Below are positions 1 to 25,003 of a DNA stretch of 25,350 nucleotides, one piece after another. The DNA is from Eledone cirrhosa (Eukaryota). Under the pieces are notes generated by a model. It saw nothing but the letters and a program-made list of their open reading frames with translations. It searched no databases and was not told where the DNA came from. Made by a program: the position numbers and the translations under genes. The stretch's first letter is position 1. Each line of letters opens with the position of its first letter. The DNA is taken from the NCBI GenBank assembly GCA_964016885.1, contig CAXHJY010001710.1:1-25350 (forward strand), in the 5' to 3' direction.

Positions 1-14440
<14,440 letters not shown>

Positions 14441-14630
14441 TATGTAGATAAATCTACCAAGAGTTTACGGTAGTGTCCAATCCGTATGAAGAACTCAATG
14501 TATCCGGATATCATGGAAAGAAGAGATGTAATGAAAATCCACTTTCGGTGAAAGATAAACGGTATACAGAGTCAAGATAAATATTAAACAAATAATGAAC
14601 AAACAATTCCCTTATATTAAACAAAAAAAG

Positions 14631-14785
14631 TTCACTATTTAACGATCGTTTCTAGGGTATATATGTGTTATAATTGGTATGCATATTCAACAGATCTATG
14701 TACAAAATTATACAAAATTATACAAATTATCAAGATTAAATATACATACCTAACACATATATACGCCGTCTTCAGAAATAATGAA
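14631..14785 (-). ncRNA. Type I hammerhead ribozyme-like motif, copy 1
   Basis: Minus strand: stem I UUCAUUAUUU/AAAUAGUGAA (10 bp, one GU); core CUGAAGA (14775-14769); 116-nt stem II with 14-bp and 15-bp helices; GAAA (14652-14649); stem III AC-GAUC-GU; GUU cleavage triplet with predicted cut between 14641 and 14640. Confidence 0.82.
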
Positions 14786-15379
14786 GTATATTTATTGATA
14801 ATAACAACAATTCAAAATATCAGTTCAAAATTGACCAATGAAAACACAAAGGGTTAAAAGCAGTTTGGTGTGTGTATATACATGTAAAATCCTTACACAT
14901 ATTTTACAATAATGTGTGTATAATTTGTATGTGCATACTAAAAAGATGGATGCAAACACAAAATTTCAAGGTTAATATCTCTGTAAGCTTAATGCGCTGA
15001 TAAGATGCGCAATGATACTTATGGAGTCAAGCATATAAATATATTTTTTTTTTTTTTTTTTTCATACTCACACATATCAGTATAATCACACATACATGCG
15101 CGTATATGCATAAATATACACATAACCACGAACATACAAACACACACACTCCCCCACTCACATTTATATATGTGGATATAAAATCATAAGCAAATAGAAA
15201 TTAAGTCACTCACATAAAACACTGCACACACATTTCAAGATCAAGATACAGAAATTAGGTGGGAGGGGGGGGAGGGGTCAGTATTAGATTGTCAGAGCAG
15301 ACTGCCTAATATAAATGTATCTATAAATTAAGAAAAATAAAAAAATAAAAACAATAAAATATAATAAATATAATATAAT

Positions 15380-15609
15380 GTACATACACATACAGATATA
15401 CATACACATACATACATGTACGCGCACATAGAGATATTTACGCATACACACATACACACATACGTATACAGTCATACACACACATACACTTACACGAACA
15501 TACACATACACATATAAAAAGATATATATACACACACACACACACGCGCAACACATACACACATACACATATATATAAAAAATAGATAATAAAGATATAT
15601 ATCCATATA

Positions 15610-15677
<68 letters not shown>

Positions 15678-15766
15678 TATACACATACATACCCATACAT
15701 CTAAATATACATACACATACATACACACATACATGTATATACATGTACATACATATACGCACATCG

Positions 15767-15815
<49 letters not shown>

Positions 15816-16218
15816 CACTCACATAGACATAAAGATACATACACACACAACTTACATACACACGCATATATATATATATATATATATATAGATGTACCTT
15901 CATACATAGAATTAGATATATAATCATACATACATATGCACCTACTTATACTCATATAAATAAATACATACGCTTCCATATATGTGTATACACATAAAAA
16001 ACAATACCACCTCACCAAACTCAGACATACAAATGAAAATAATAATAAAAAAACGCATATGTATATACATACACACACGCATTAATAGAGATATATATAT
16101 ATACACACATACATACACACACATATATATACATACACACACATATACATACACATACATATACATATATATATATATATATATATAAATATATATATAT
16201 ACACACACACATAGACTC

Positions 16219-16249
<31 letters not shown>

Positions 16250-16407
16250 AACATATATATCCACACACTCATACCACCATAAATACACATACAAACACCC
16301 ACATGTATATATATATATATATCCACATACAACACACGTATACATATATATATATACACATATACACATACATATATATATATACACACACATAAAAAAC
16401 AGACATG

Positions 16408-16438
<31 letters not shown>

Positions 16439-16530
16439 TTCATTACTCTTATATATACACATAGTATATATACATACACAACCTCACTTATACACATATA
16501 CACATAAGTTATATTACAATAATAATAAAG

Positions 16531-16575
<45 letters not shown>

Positions 16576-16715
16576 CATATATATATATATATACATACAT
16601 ACATACACATACATACATACACATAAATATATACATACATAAATACACACATACGAATAAAGACATATATTCACACATAGACACCTATATACATATATAT
16701 ATATATATATATATC

Positions 16716-16765
<50 letters not shown>

Positions 16766-17190
16766 CACACACACACACACACACAGACACACATACACAC
16801 TCACATATATATATATATATATATATGTGTATGTGAGTGTGCGCACATACACATATATACACACACACATACAAACACACACAAACACATACATATGCAT
16901 ACGTGCACACACACACACATATATCACATAGATACGAAGATAAACATATAAATAGAGAGACATACAAATATATACACAACACATATACACATACATACAT
17001 ACACGCTTATACATATACATACACATATACACACATATATATATTCCCATATACAAGCATACACATACATACACATATATACATATACATACACATATAC
17101 ATACCACACATTCACATACACATACATATATAATACATATATATACATATATATACATACATATGTATGTACAATCATATATACACACTC
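15380..17190. repeat. Element-internal compound (CA)/(TA)/(CATA) microsatellite block
   Basis: Mosaic of CA, TA and TACA runs, duplicated at ~22024-23830. Boundaries approximate. Confidence 0.9.
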
Positions 17191-17479
17191 AATCTTACAT
17201 TCATATTTACATGCTCATATATGTATTTTTATATTTAGAAATAAATACCAAAACCTATATAGACACCTACCTACATATATATTCATACATATACGCTTAC
17301 AAATACAGATGATAATAGTATGGGGGAAAGGGGGGGTTTGGAGAAGGGGATCAAAGTAAATATATGTTTCAAGAAACATATAATATTTTCCGTATCTTAA
17401 TTCAATGTATGTTCTTACATATTTTCAGTGCTAGGAAATACGAAATCTATGCATCTCAAAATAAATAAGTATACCATTA

Positions 17480-18550
17480 ATCATATGTTAACTAAACCAA
17501 AGATAGTCAACATATTGATTTCTAAGGTGTAAATTAGTTAGGTTTATAATATTTGAAGCAGAATTATGAAGTCAAACAGTAGTAGATTATTAATTACATT
17601 ATAACTAAATTAAAGTTAATAACGTTATGGTATCAATATTAGGAGATGAATTTAGTAATAGGGAAAAGAAACCCAAATAAAAATAAAATAAAGTATTACA
17701 TCGGTAGTAGCATATAAATTATATGTTAACTAAATTAAAAATTATATATTTATTTCAATAGTATACGTTAATTAGTATATGTTAATTAGGTAAACAATAC
17801 ATAAAGCAGATATTGTATTTCATCAATAGCATAATATAATTATATGCAAATAAAAATCAAAATTAATACGCATACATATACATATACATACACATACACA
17901 TATACATACATATACACACATAATATATATATATATACATATATATACACATATATACATATATACACACATAAACATACATACAGATACACATACACAA
18001 CACACACATATACATATACATATACATATACATATCTTTTTCAAAAAATTGCACAGAATATATTAACTAGGTATATATCCAAAACACATCCCATTCTATG
18101 ATTACATGACATTCTGCAATTCGTCTGTACAAGGATACTAATTTTAAGCAAATTAAAATTAAAGTTTTAGGTTGATTAAAACTAAAACCAAATAATAAAT
18201 ATATTTCCAAAATGTATATTAATTAGGTCTATAATACTAAAAAATTCTTTCTCCGTCATTGGATACATGATATTATTTTGTTATATTTTATCTGTAAAAG
18301 AATTATAATAAAAAGGTTTAAATAAATTAAAATTAATCTATAAATTAAATTACTGAGTATATATTAGTAATATTTAAAGGTTTTTCAAAATTTATGATTA
18401 CATAATATTTTCTCATCTGTAATAAAATATTAATTAAATTAAATTTATAGGTTAACTAACATTTAAATTAAATTAATTTCTAGAATAATGTTATTAATTA
18501 GGTTTATAATATTTAAATGTTTTTTTTAGTTTATGATTACACGATATAAT
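17480..18550 (-). repeat. Degenerate tandem array (~6-7 units, ~105-155 nt) derived from the ORF 3' end and the sequence after the stop
   Basis: Recurring minus-strand motifs UGUAAUCAU, ACCUAAYUAA, GAAAU and UUAGUUAAC, with unit anchors near 18494, 18364, 18219, 18063, 17782, (17638) and 17534. Partly duplicated at 24122-25003. Confidence 0.7.
17870..18035. repeat. (CATATA)/(CA)/(TA) microsatellite interrupting the 3' UTR array
   Basis: catata/cataca runs, duplicated at ~24512-24676. Confidence 0.85.
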
Positions 18551-20440
18551 TAATTCCTGTCGTTTATTTAATAAGATATCCTTAGACTTCATTATTTCAA
18601 ATAGTTCTTGGGAACATAATCTACATTCCTTTCTATTATTTTGATAAGGGGTGGCTCTTTTGAGCACACTCCAGGTCAAATCATATTTTATATTTTTATT
18701 TTTATAACTATTGATTTTTTCTGCTAGAGATGTTGTATTAGCCAGTGCGGCATTTTTAAAGCTATGTTTGTGGGTATTATACCTTGTCTTAAAATTGTTA
18801 GAGGTAGCTCCTATATATGAGCAAATAGAATCTTTAGTTTTAACATTACATTTATAGACTATGTTGTTAACAAGACAATTCCCTTTTAATGGGCAGTTTG
18901 TTTTGTTTCTACAGTTACATCCTTTCGTTAATTCTGTATTTGAGGAGATATTATTGTTAATTTGATGTACTGGTGGTATACTTATGGTTTTCTTACATTT
19001 ATATGCATTATATGCACTTATATTTTGTTTTATGTTATTTGTTGTAGAGTATGAGAATTTAACTGTAGACCTATTTAAGATTTGATGGTATTTGTGGTTT
19101 GGCGGGAAGTTTTTCTCAAGGATATAAAAAAATTTTTTAGCAATATTATCCTTAACTTGTAAATTAAAAGGAGCATTATACCAAGTAACTCGTCTATTAC
19201 GGTTTCTATGTTGTTTATTATTTTTATTATTTTTATATGTTGTATCATGATTTTTACTAGGAGGATTAATGTTAATGATCTCACCACAACTATTTTTAGT
19301 TATATTTGTAGATTTAGGTGTTTTATCTTTTTTATTAGGAGTTTTATTATTAATATTTATTATAGTTGTATGATGAGTAGTTTTTTGAGGGTTACTATAC
19401 TTTATATTAGAAGATTTAGTATTTTGGGGTATATTGTGGGTGGCATTTAGGTGTGTACTTTTCATTTGGTGTTTGTTGGTAATATTATGCTGTATGCTTT
19501 CAGTATTTTTAGTAGAAGGTATATACTCTAATCTATTTTTGTGGCCACTTCTATCTAGAGCTTCATTATAAAAGGTCACATTTTTATCAAATACATCTTG
19601 GTTAGAAGAAAGGTTAGAAATTCTAAGTGATATATTATATGCAAGGTTATTAAGGATAGATTTAGGGTGATTAGATTGTGAGTGTATGTAATGTAAGTTT
19701 TGGTTAGGTTTATGGTAAGGTTGGTATATACCCGTAGCTAAATCTAAAGTTATATCTAGGAAATTTACTACTTTACTTGTTTTTTCAAAAGTAATATTAA
19801 GATTATAATAGTCTTTAAGGAAAGTTCTAATATGCTTTTTGTTTTTTTCGATTTCTGAAAGGCTAAGGTTGTTAGAAAGAAGAAGACAGTCATCACGATA
19901 TAAACCACCTTTGAGGTGGGGAAAAGAGGCATTTATGTTGAAAAGGAGAAAGAGGCCCACAAGATCAGTAATTTGGGCGGAATCGCTTGAACCCATAGTA
20001 ATATCAAAAAGATTACTGTATGTGTTTCTGGTCCAGTATTCATTCTGAAATTCAATAAGTGTTTGTCTAGCATGTGTAATAATGTTAATGTCATCCGAAG
20101 TTAAATTAGATCTATTTTTAGCAAATATTAATGCTTTGTTCAGGAGTATGGGTGATATAGAAGAATAGTAATTATCTATATCAAATTGTAGGAAAGAAGC
20201 AGAAGATTTACACCTAATATTTTTAAACCAATTAATTACCTGGGAGGTGTTTTCCCAGAGTGGTAAAATAACGTATTTTCTTATTTGTGGGATGACTCTA
20301 TCTAAAATTTTTTTGCTAATTATTCCAATATCTGATTTGGAGGGACATATAAGTCTAATAGAAGGATTAGAGTTAAAGTTAGATTTGTGATCTTTCAGGT
20401 TGAAGTGTGGTCTTTTCAATGCCAAAGGTTCTATCTTCAA
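18494..20440 (-). CDS. PLE polyprotein, main fragment: reverse transcriptase, Cys-rich linker and GIY-YIG endonuclease
   Basis: RT motifs FLQFDIDNYYSSI, FDITMGSSDSAQ, GLYRDD (YRDD at 19900-19889), VNFLDITL, thumb YIHSQSNHP. Zn-finger-like CNCRNKTNCPLKGNC (18919-18875). GIY-YIG NIVY..YIGAT..FKTRY..H, later CRLC..E and LLN. The fragment start is a frameshift point, not a real start codon. Confidence 0.93.
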   Translation of the reverse strand: MKIEPLALKRPHFNLKDHKSNFNSNPSIRLICPSKSDIGIISKKILDRVIPQIRKYVILPLWENTSQVINWFKNIRCKSSASFLQFDIDNYYSSISPILLNKALIFAKNRSNLTSDDINIITHARQTLIEFQNEYWTRNTYSNLFDITMGSSDSAQITDLVGLFLLFNINASFPHLKGGLYRDDCLLLSNNLSLSEIEKNKKHIRTFLKDYYNLNITFEKTSKVVNFLDITLDLATGIYQPYHKPNQNLHYIHSQSNHPKSILNNLAYNISLRISNLSSNQDVFDKNVTFYNEALDRSGHKNRLEYIPSTKNTESIQHNITNKHQMKSTHLNATHNIPQNTKSSNIKYSNPQKTTHHTTIININNKTPNKKDKTPKSTNITKNSCGEIININPPSKNHDTTYKNNKNNKQHRNRNRRVTWYNAPFNLQVKDNIAKKFFYILEKNFPPNHKYHQILNRSTVKFSYSTTNNIKQNISAYNAYKCKKTISIPPVHQINNNISSNTELTKGCNCRNKTNCPLKGNCLVNNIVYKCNVKTKDSICSYIGATSNNFKTRYNTHKHSFKNAALANTTSLAEKINSYKNKNIKYDLTWSVLKRATPYQNNRKECRLCSQELFEIMKSKDILLNKRQELIISCNHKLKKTFKYYKPN

Positions 20441-20930
20441 TATTTAGTTTTTTTACTATGTTGTGTGTTTTGTTGTTGATGTTGGTGAGTGACACATTAT
20501 TAGATTTTTTATAATTTTTTCTGAGTTCTTTATATATGAACTCATTATAATGTTCAATATCCATATGATACAAGTTACCAGTTTTGTCCGAGTGGACATG
20601 GATTTTTTTAGACTTTTTTAGGTCCAATAGGGTAGAATCCAGGTCCTTTTGAAAGACGGATTTATACTTTTTAAATTTGAGGTGTTTAATTAAATTAAAA
20701 AGGTCTTTCTCGAAGTCTTCAAGTAAAAAGTTGTGTGGTGGATTCTTGTAAGTATTGAAATCATACATATATTTCCGATCTGCTTGTTTAGATTTTCTAT
20801 CGAAGTGGTATGCTCTCCATCTAACCCTTCTGATAAAATTATTAGTTTTCTGAATCATAAGGAGTAAGAAGTCGTCCTTAGAAGGTATTGGTATGTTTTT
20901 TAAGGAGGTTCCTAAATATTGTTTTTCCAT
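20379..20930 (-). CDS. PLE polyprotein N-terminal fragment (MEKQYLGTSLKNIPIPS..FIRRVRWRA..SDKTGNLY), frameshifted relative to the RT
   Basis: First ATG at 20930-20928; the track's start at 20951 is a TTG. Contains the PLE N-terminal DKT/DKG-type motif (SDKTGNLY). Overlaps the RT frame at 20379-20440. Confidence 0.85.
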   Translation of the reverse strand: MEKQYLGTSLKNIPIPSKDDFLLLMIQKTNNFIRRVRWRAYHFDRKSKQADRKYMYDFNTYKNPPHNFLLEDFEKDLFNLIKHLKFKKYKSVFQKDLDSTLLDLKKSKKIHVHSDKTGNLYHMDIEHYNEFIYKELRKNYKKSNNVSLTNINNKTHNIVKKLNIEDRTFGIEKTTLQPERSQI

Positions 20931-21273
20931 TGTGATATGGATGATGGACAATTGAAAGAGCTCAACTAAATGTATATGGGTTTACAAAATCATACATATA
21001 TATATGTTTATACATAAATATAAAATTAATACACACATACAGTACAAAAATACGAATATTTCCGTGAAAATAGGAGCAAAATTATGTAGATAAATCTACC
21101 AAGAGTTTACGGTAGTGTCCAATCCGTATGAAGAACTCAATGTATTCCGGATATCATGGAAAGAAGAGATGTAATGAAAATCCACTTTCGGTGAAAGATA
21201 AACGGTATACAGAGTCAAGATAAAATATTAAACAAATAATGAACAAACAATTCCTTATATTAAACAAAAAAAG

Positions 21274-21428
21274 TTCACTATTTAACGATCGTTTCTAGGG
21301 TATATATGTGTTATAATTGGTATGCATATTCAACAGATCTATGTACAAAATTATACAAAATTATACAAATTATCAAGATTAAATATACATACCTAACACA
21401 TATATACGCCGTCTTCAGAAATAATGAA
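21274..21428 (-). ncRNA. Type I hammerhead ribozyme-like motif, copy 2
   Basis: Same sequence as copy 1. Predicted cut between 21284 and 21283, ~350 nt upstream of the ATG. Confidence 0.82.
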
Positions 21429-22023
21429 GTATATTTATTGATAATAACAACAATTCAAAATATCAGTTCAAAATTGACCAATGAAAACACAAAGGGTTAA
21501 AAGCAGTTTGGTGTGTGTATATACATGTAAAATCCTTACACATATTTTACAATAATGTGTGTATAATTTGTATGTGCATACTAAAAAGATGGATGCAAAC
21601 ACAAAATTTCAAGGTTAATATCTCTGTAAGCTTAATGCGCTGATAAGATGCGCAATGATACTTATGGAGTCAAGCATATAAATATATTTTTTTTTTTTTT
21701 TTTTTCATACTCACACATATCAGTATAATCACACATACATGCGCGTATATGCATAAATATACACATAACCACGAACATACAAACACACACACTCCCCCAC
21801 TCACATTTATATATGTGGATATAAAATCATAAGCAAATAGAAATTAAGTCACTCACATAAAACACTGGCACACACATTTCAAGATCAAGATACAGAAATT
21901 AGGTGGGAGGGGGGGGAGGGGTCAGTATTAGATTGTCAGAGCAGACTGCCTAATATAAATGTATCTATAAATTAAGAAAAATAAAAAAATAAAAACAATA
22001 AAATATAATAAATATAATATAAT

Positions 22024-22253
22024 GTACATACACATACAGATATACATACACATACATACATGTACGCGCACATAGAGATATTTACGCATACACACATACA
22101 CACATACGTATACAGTCATACACACACATACACTTACACGAACATACACATACACATATAAAAAGATATATATACACACACACACACACGCGCAACACAT
22201 ACACACATACACATATATATAAAAAATAGATAATAAAGATATATATCCATATA

Positions 22254-22321
<68 letters not shown>

Positions 22322-22410
22322 TATACACATACATACCCATACATCTAAATATACATACACATACATACACACATACATGTATATACATGTACATACATAT
22401 ACGCACATCG

Positions 22411-22459
<49 letters not shown>

Positions 22460-22802
22460 CACTCACATAGACATAAAGATACATACACACACAACTTACA
22501 TACACACGCATATATATATATATATATATATATAGATGTACCTTCATACATAGAATTAGATATATAATCATACATACATATGCACCTACTTATACTCATA
22601 TAAATAAATACATACGCTTCCATATATGTGTATACACATAAAAAACAATACCACCTCACCAAACTCAGACATACAAATGAAAATAATAATAAAAAAACGC
22701 ATATGTATATACATACACACACGCATTAATAGAGATATATATATATACACACATACATACACACACATATATATACATACACACACATATACATACACAT
22801 AC

Positions 22803-22857
<55 letters not shown>

Positions 22858-22864
22858 TAGACTC

Positions 22865-22895
<31 letters not shown>

Positions 22896-23174
22896 AACAT
22901 ATATATCCACACACTCATACCACCATAAATACACATACAAACACCCACATGTATATATATATATATATCCACATACAACACACGTATACATATATATATA
23001 TACACATATACACATACATATATATATATACACACACATAAAAAACAGACATGCACATATATATATATATATATATATATATTTCATTACTCTTATATAT
23101 ACACATAGTATATATACATACACAACCTCACTTATACACATATACACATAAGTTATATTACAATAATAATAAAG

Positions 23175-23219
<45 letters not shown>

Positions 23220-23359
23220 CATATATATATATATATACATACATACATACACATACATACATACACATAAATATATACATACATAAATACACACATACGA
23301 ATAAAGACATATATTCACACATAGACACCTATATACATATATATATATATATATATATC

Positions 23360-23407
<48 letters not shown>

Positions 23408-23830
23408 CACACACACACACACACACAGACACACATACACACTCACATATATATATATATATATATATGTGTATGTGAGTGTGCGCACATACACATATAT
23501 ACACACACACATACAAACACACACAAACACATACATATGCATACGTGCACACACACACACATATATCACATAGATACGAAGATAAACATATAAATAGAGA
23601 GACATACAAATATATACACAACACATATACACATACATACATACACGCTTATACATATACATACACATATACACACATATATATATTCCCATATACAAGC
23701 ATACACATACATACACATATATACATATACATACACATATACATACCACACATTCACATACACATACATATATAATACATATATATACATATATATACAT
23801 ACATATGTATGTACAATCATATATACACAC
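22024..23830. repeat. Element-internal compound microsatellite block, second copy
   Basis: Direct copy of 15380-17190. Confidence 0.9.
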
Positions 23831-25003
23831 TCAATCTTACATTCATATTTACATGCTCATATATGTATTTTTATATTTAGAAATAAATACCAAAACCTAT
23901 ATAGACACCTACCTACATATATATTCATACATATACGCTTACAAATACAGATGATAATAGTATGGGGGAAAGGGGGGGTTTGGAGAAGGGGATCAAAGTA
24001 AATATATGTTTCAAGAAACATATAATATTTTCCGTATCTTAATTCAATGTATGTTCTTACATATTTTCAGTGCTAGGAAATACGAAATCTATGCATCTCA
24101 AAATAAATAAGTATACCATTAATCATATGTTAACTAAACCAAAGATAGTCAACATATTGATTTCTAAGGTGTAAATTAGTTAGGTTTATAATATTTGAAG
24201 CAGAATTATGAAGTCAAACAGTAGTAGATTATTAATTACATTATAACTAAATTAAAGTTAATAACGTTATGGTATCAATATTAGGAGATGAATTTAGTAA
24301 TAGGGAAAAGAAACCCAAATAAAAATAAAATAAAGTATTACATCGGTAGTAGCATATAAATTATATGTTAACTAAATTAAAAATTATATATTTATTTCAA
24401 TAGTATACGTTAATTAGTATATGTTAATTAGGTAAACAATACATAAAGCAGATATTGTATTTCATCAATAGCATAATATAATTATATGCAAATAAAAATC
24501 AAAATTAATACGCATACATATACATATACATACACATACACATATACATACATATACACACATATATATATATATATACATATATATACACATATATACA
24601 TATATACACACATAAACATACATACAGATACACATACACAACACACACATATACATATACATATACATATACATATCTTTTTCAAAAAATTGCACAGAAT
24701 ATATTAACTAGGTATATATCCAAAACACATCCCATTCTATGATTACATGACATTCTGCAATTCGTCTGTACAAGGATACTAATTTTAAGCAAATTAAAAT
24801 TAAAGTTTTAGGTTGATTAAAACTAAAACCAAATAATAAATATATTTCCAAAATGTATATTAATTAGGTCTATAATACTAAAAAATTCTTTCTCCGTCAT
24901 TGGATACATGATATTATTTTGTTATATTTTATCTGTAAAAGAATTATAATAAAAAGGTTTAAATAAATTAAAATTAATCTATAAATTAAATTACTGAGTA
25001 TAT

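Larger units (their letters stand above)
14441..18362 (-). repeat. 3' pseudo-LTR (~3.92 kb)
   Basis: Matches 21083-25003 from tatgtagataaatctacc to tactgagtatat at an offset of ~6642; differences are mainly 1-nt indels and TA-run lengths. Confidence 0.95.
18494..20930 (-). pseudogene. Single ~813 aa PLE ORF interrupted by one frameshift at ~20429-20435
   Basis: Joining ..KKLNIEDR to IEPLALKRPHFNLKDHK gives a continuous PLE-like protein with no other stops. May instead be an assembly error. Confidence 0.6.
21083..25003 (-). repeat. 5' pseudo-LTR (5'-truncated tandem copy, ~3.92 kb)
   Basis: Near-identical direct repeat of 14441-18362, ending ~150 nt upstream of the ATG. Confidence 0.95.

Noticed and set aside
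14791-14796. AATAAA on the minus strand just upstream of the hammerhead
   Set aside because: Common by chance at this AT content, and the element end has no poly(A).
14663-14857. 64-aa plus-strand ORF, duplicated at 21306-21500
   Set aside because: Antisense to the hammerhead, no recognisable motif, and duplicated only because the pseudo-LTR is.
15284-18101. Short ORFs in the internal microsatellite blocks and their copies at 21928-24707
   Set aside because: Translations of simple repeats.
17480-18550. CRISPR-like repeat-spacer array next to an RT
   Set aside because: Repeats are highly degenerate, irregularly spaced and derived from the ORF end; eukaryotic context and no cas genes.
19075-20048. 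Small overlapping ORFs (70, 80 and 69 aa) inside the RT gene
   Set aside because: Alternative-frame or antisense by-products with no motifs.
18494-20930. Selenocysteine recoding, known in some Naiad PLEs
   Set aside because: No in-frame TGA in either fragment, the Cys motifs use ordinary Cys codons, and I could not identify a SECIS by eye.
20931-21273. Possible 5' intron or promoter, as in some PLEs
   Set aside because: GT/AG candidates exist but none can be singled out without transcript data.
14441-25003. True LTR retrotransposon interpretation of the direct repeats
   Set aside because: No gag, protease, RNase H or integrase and no evident PBS; the RT and endonuclease are PLE type.
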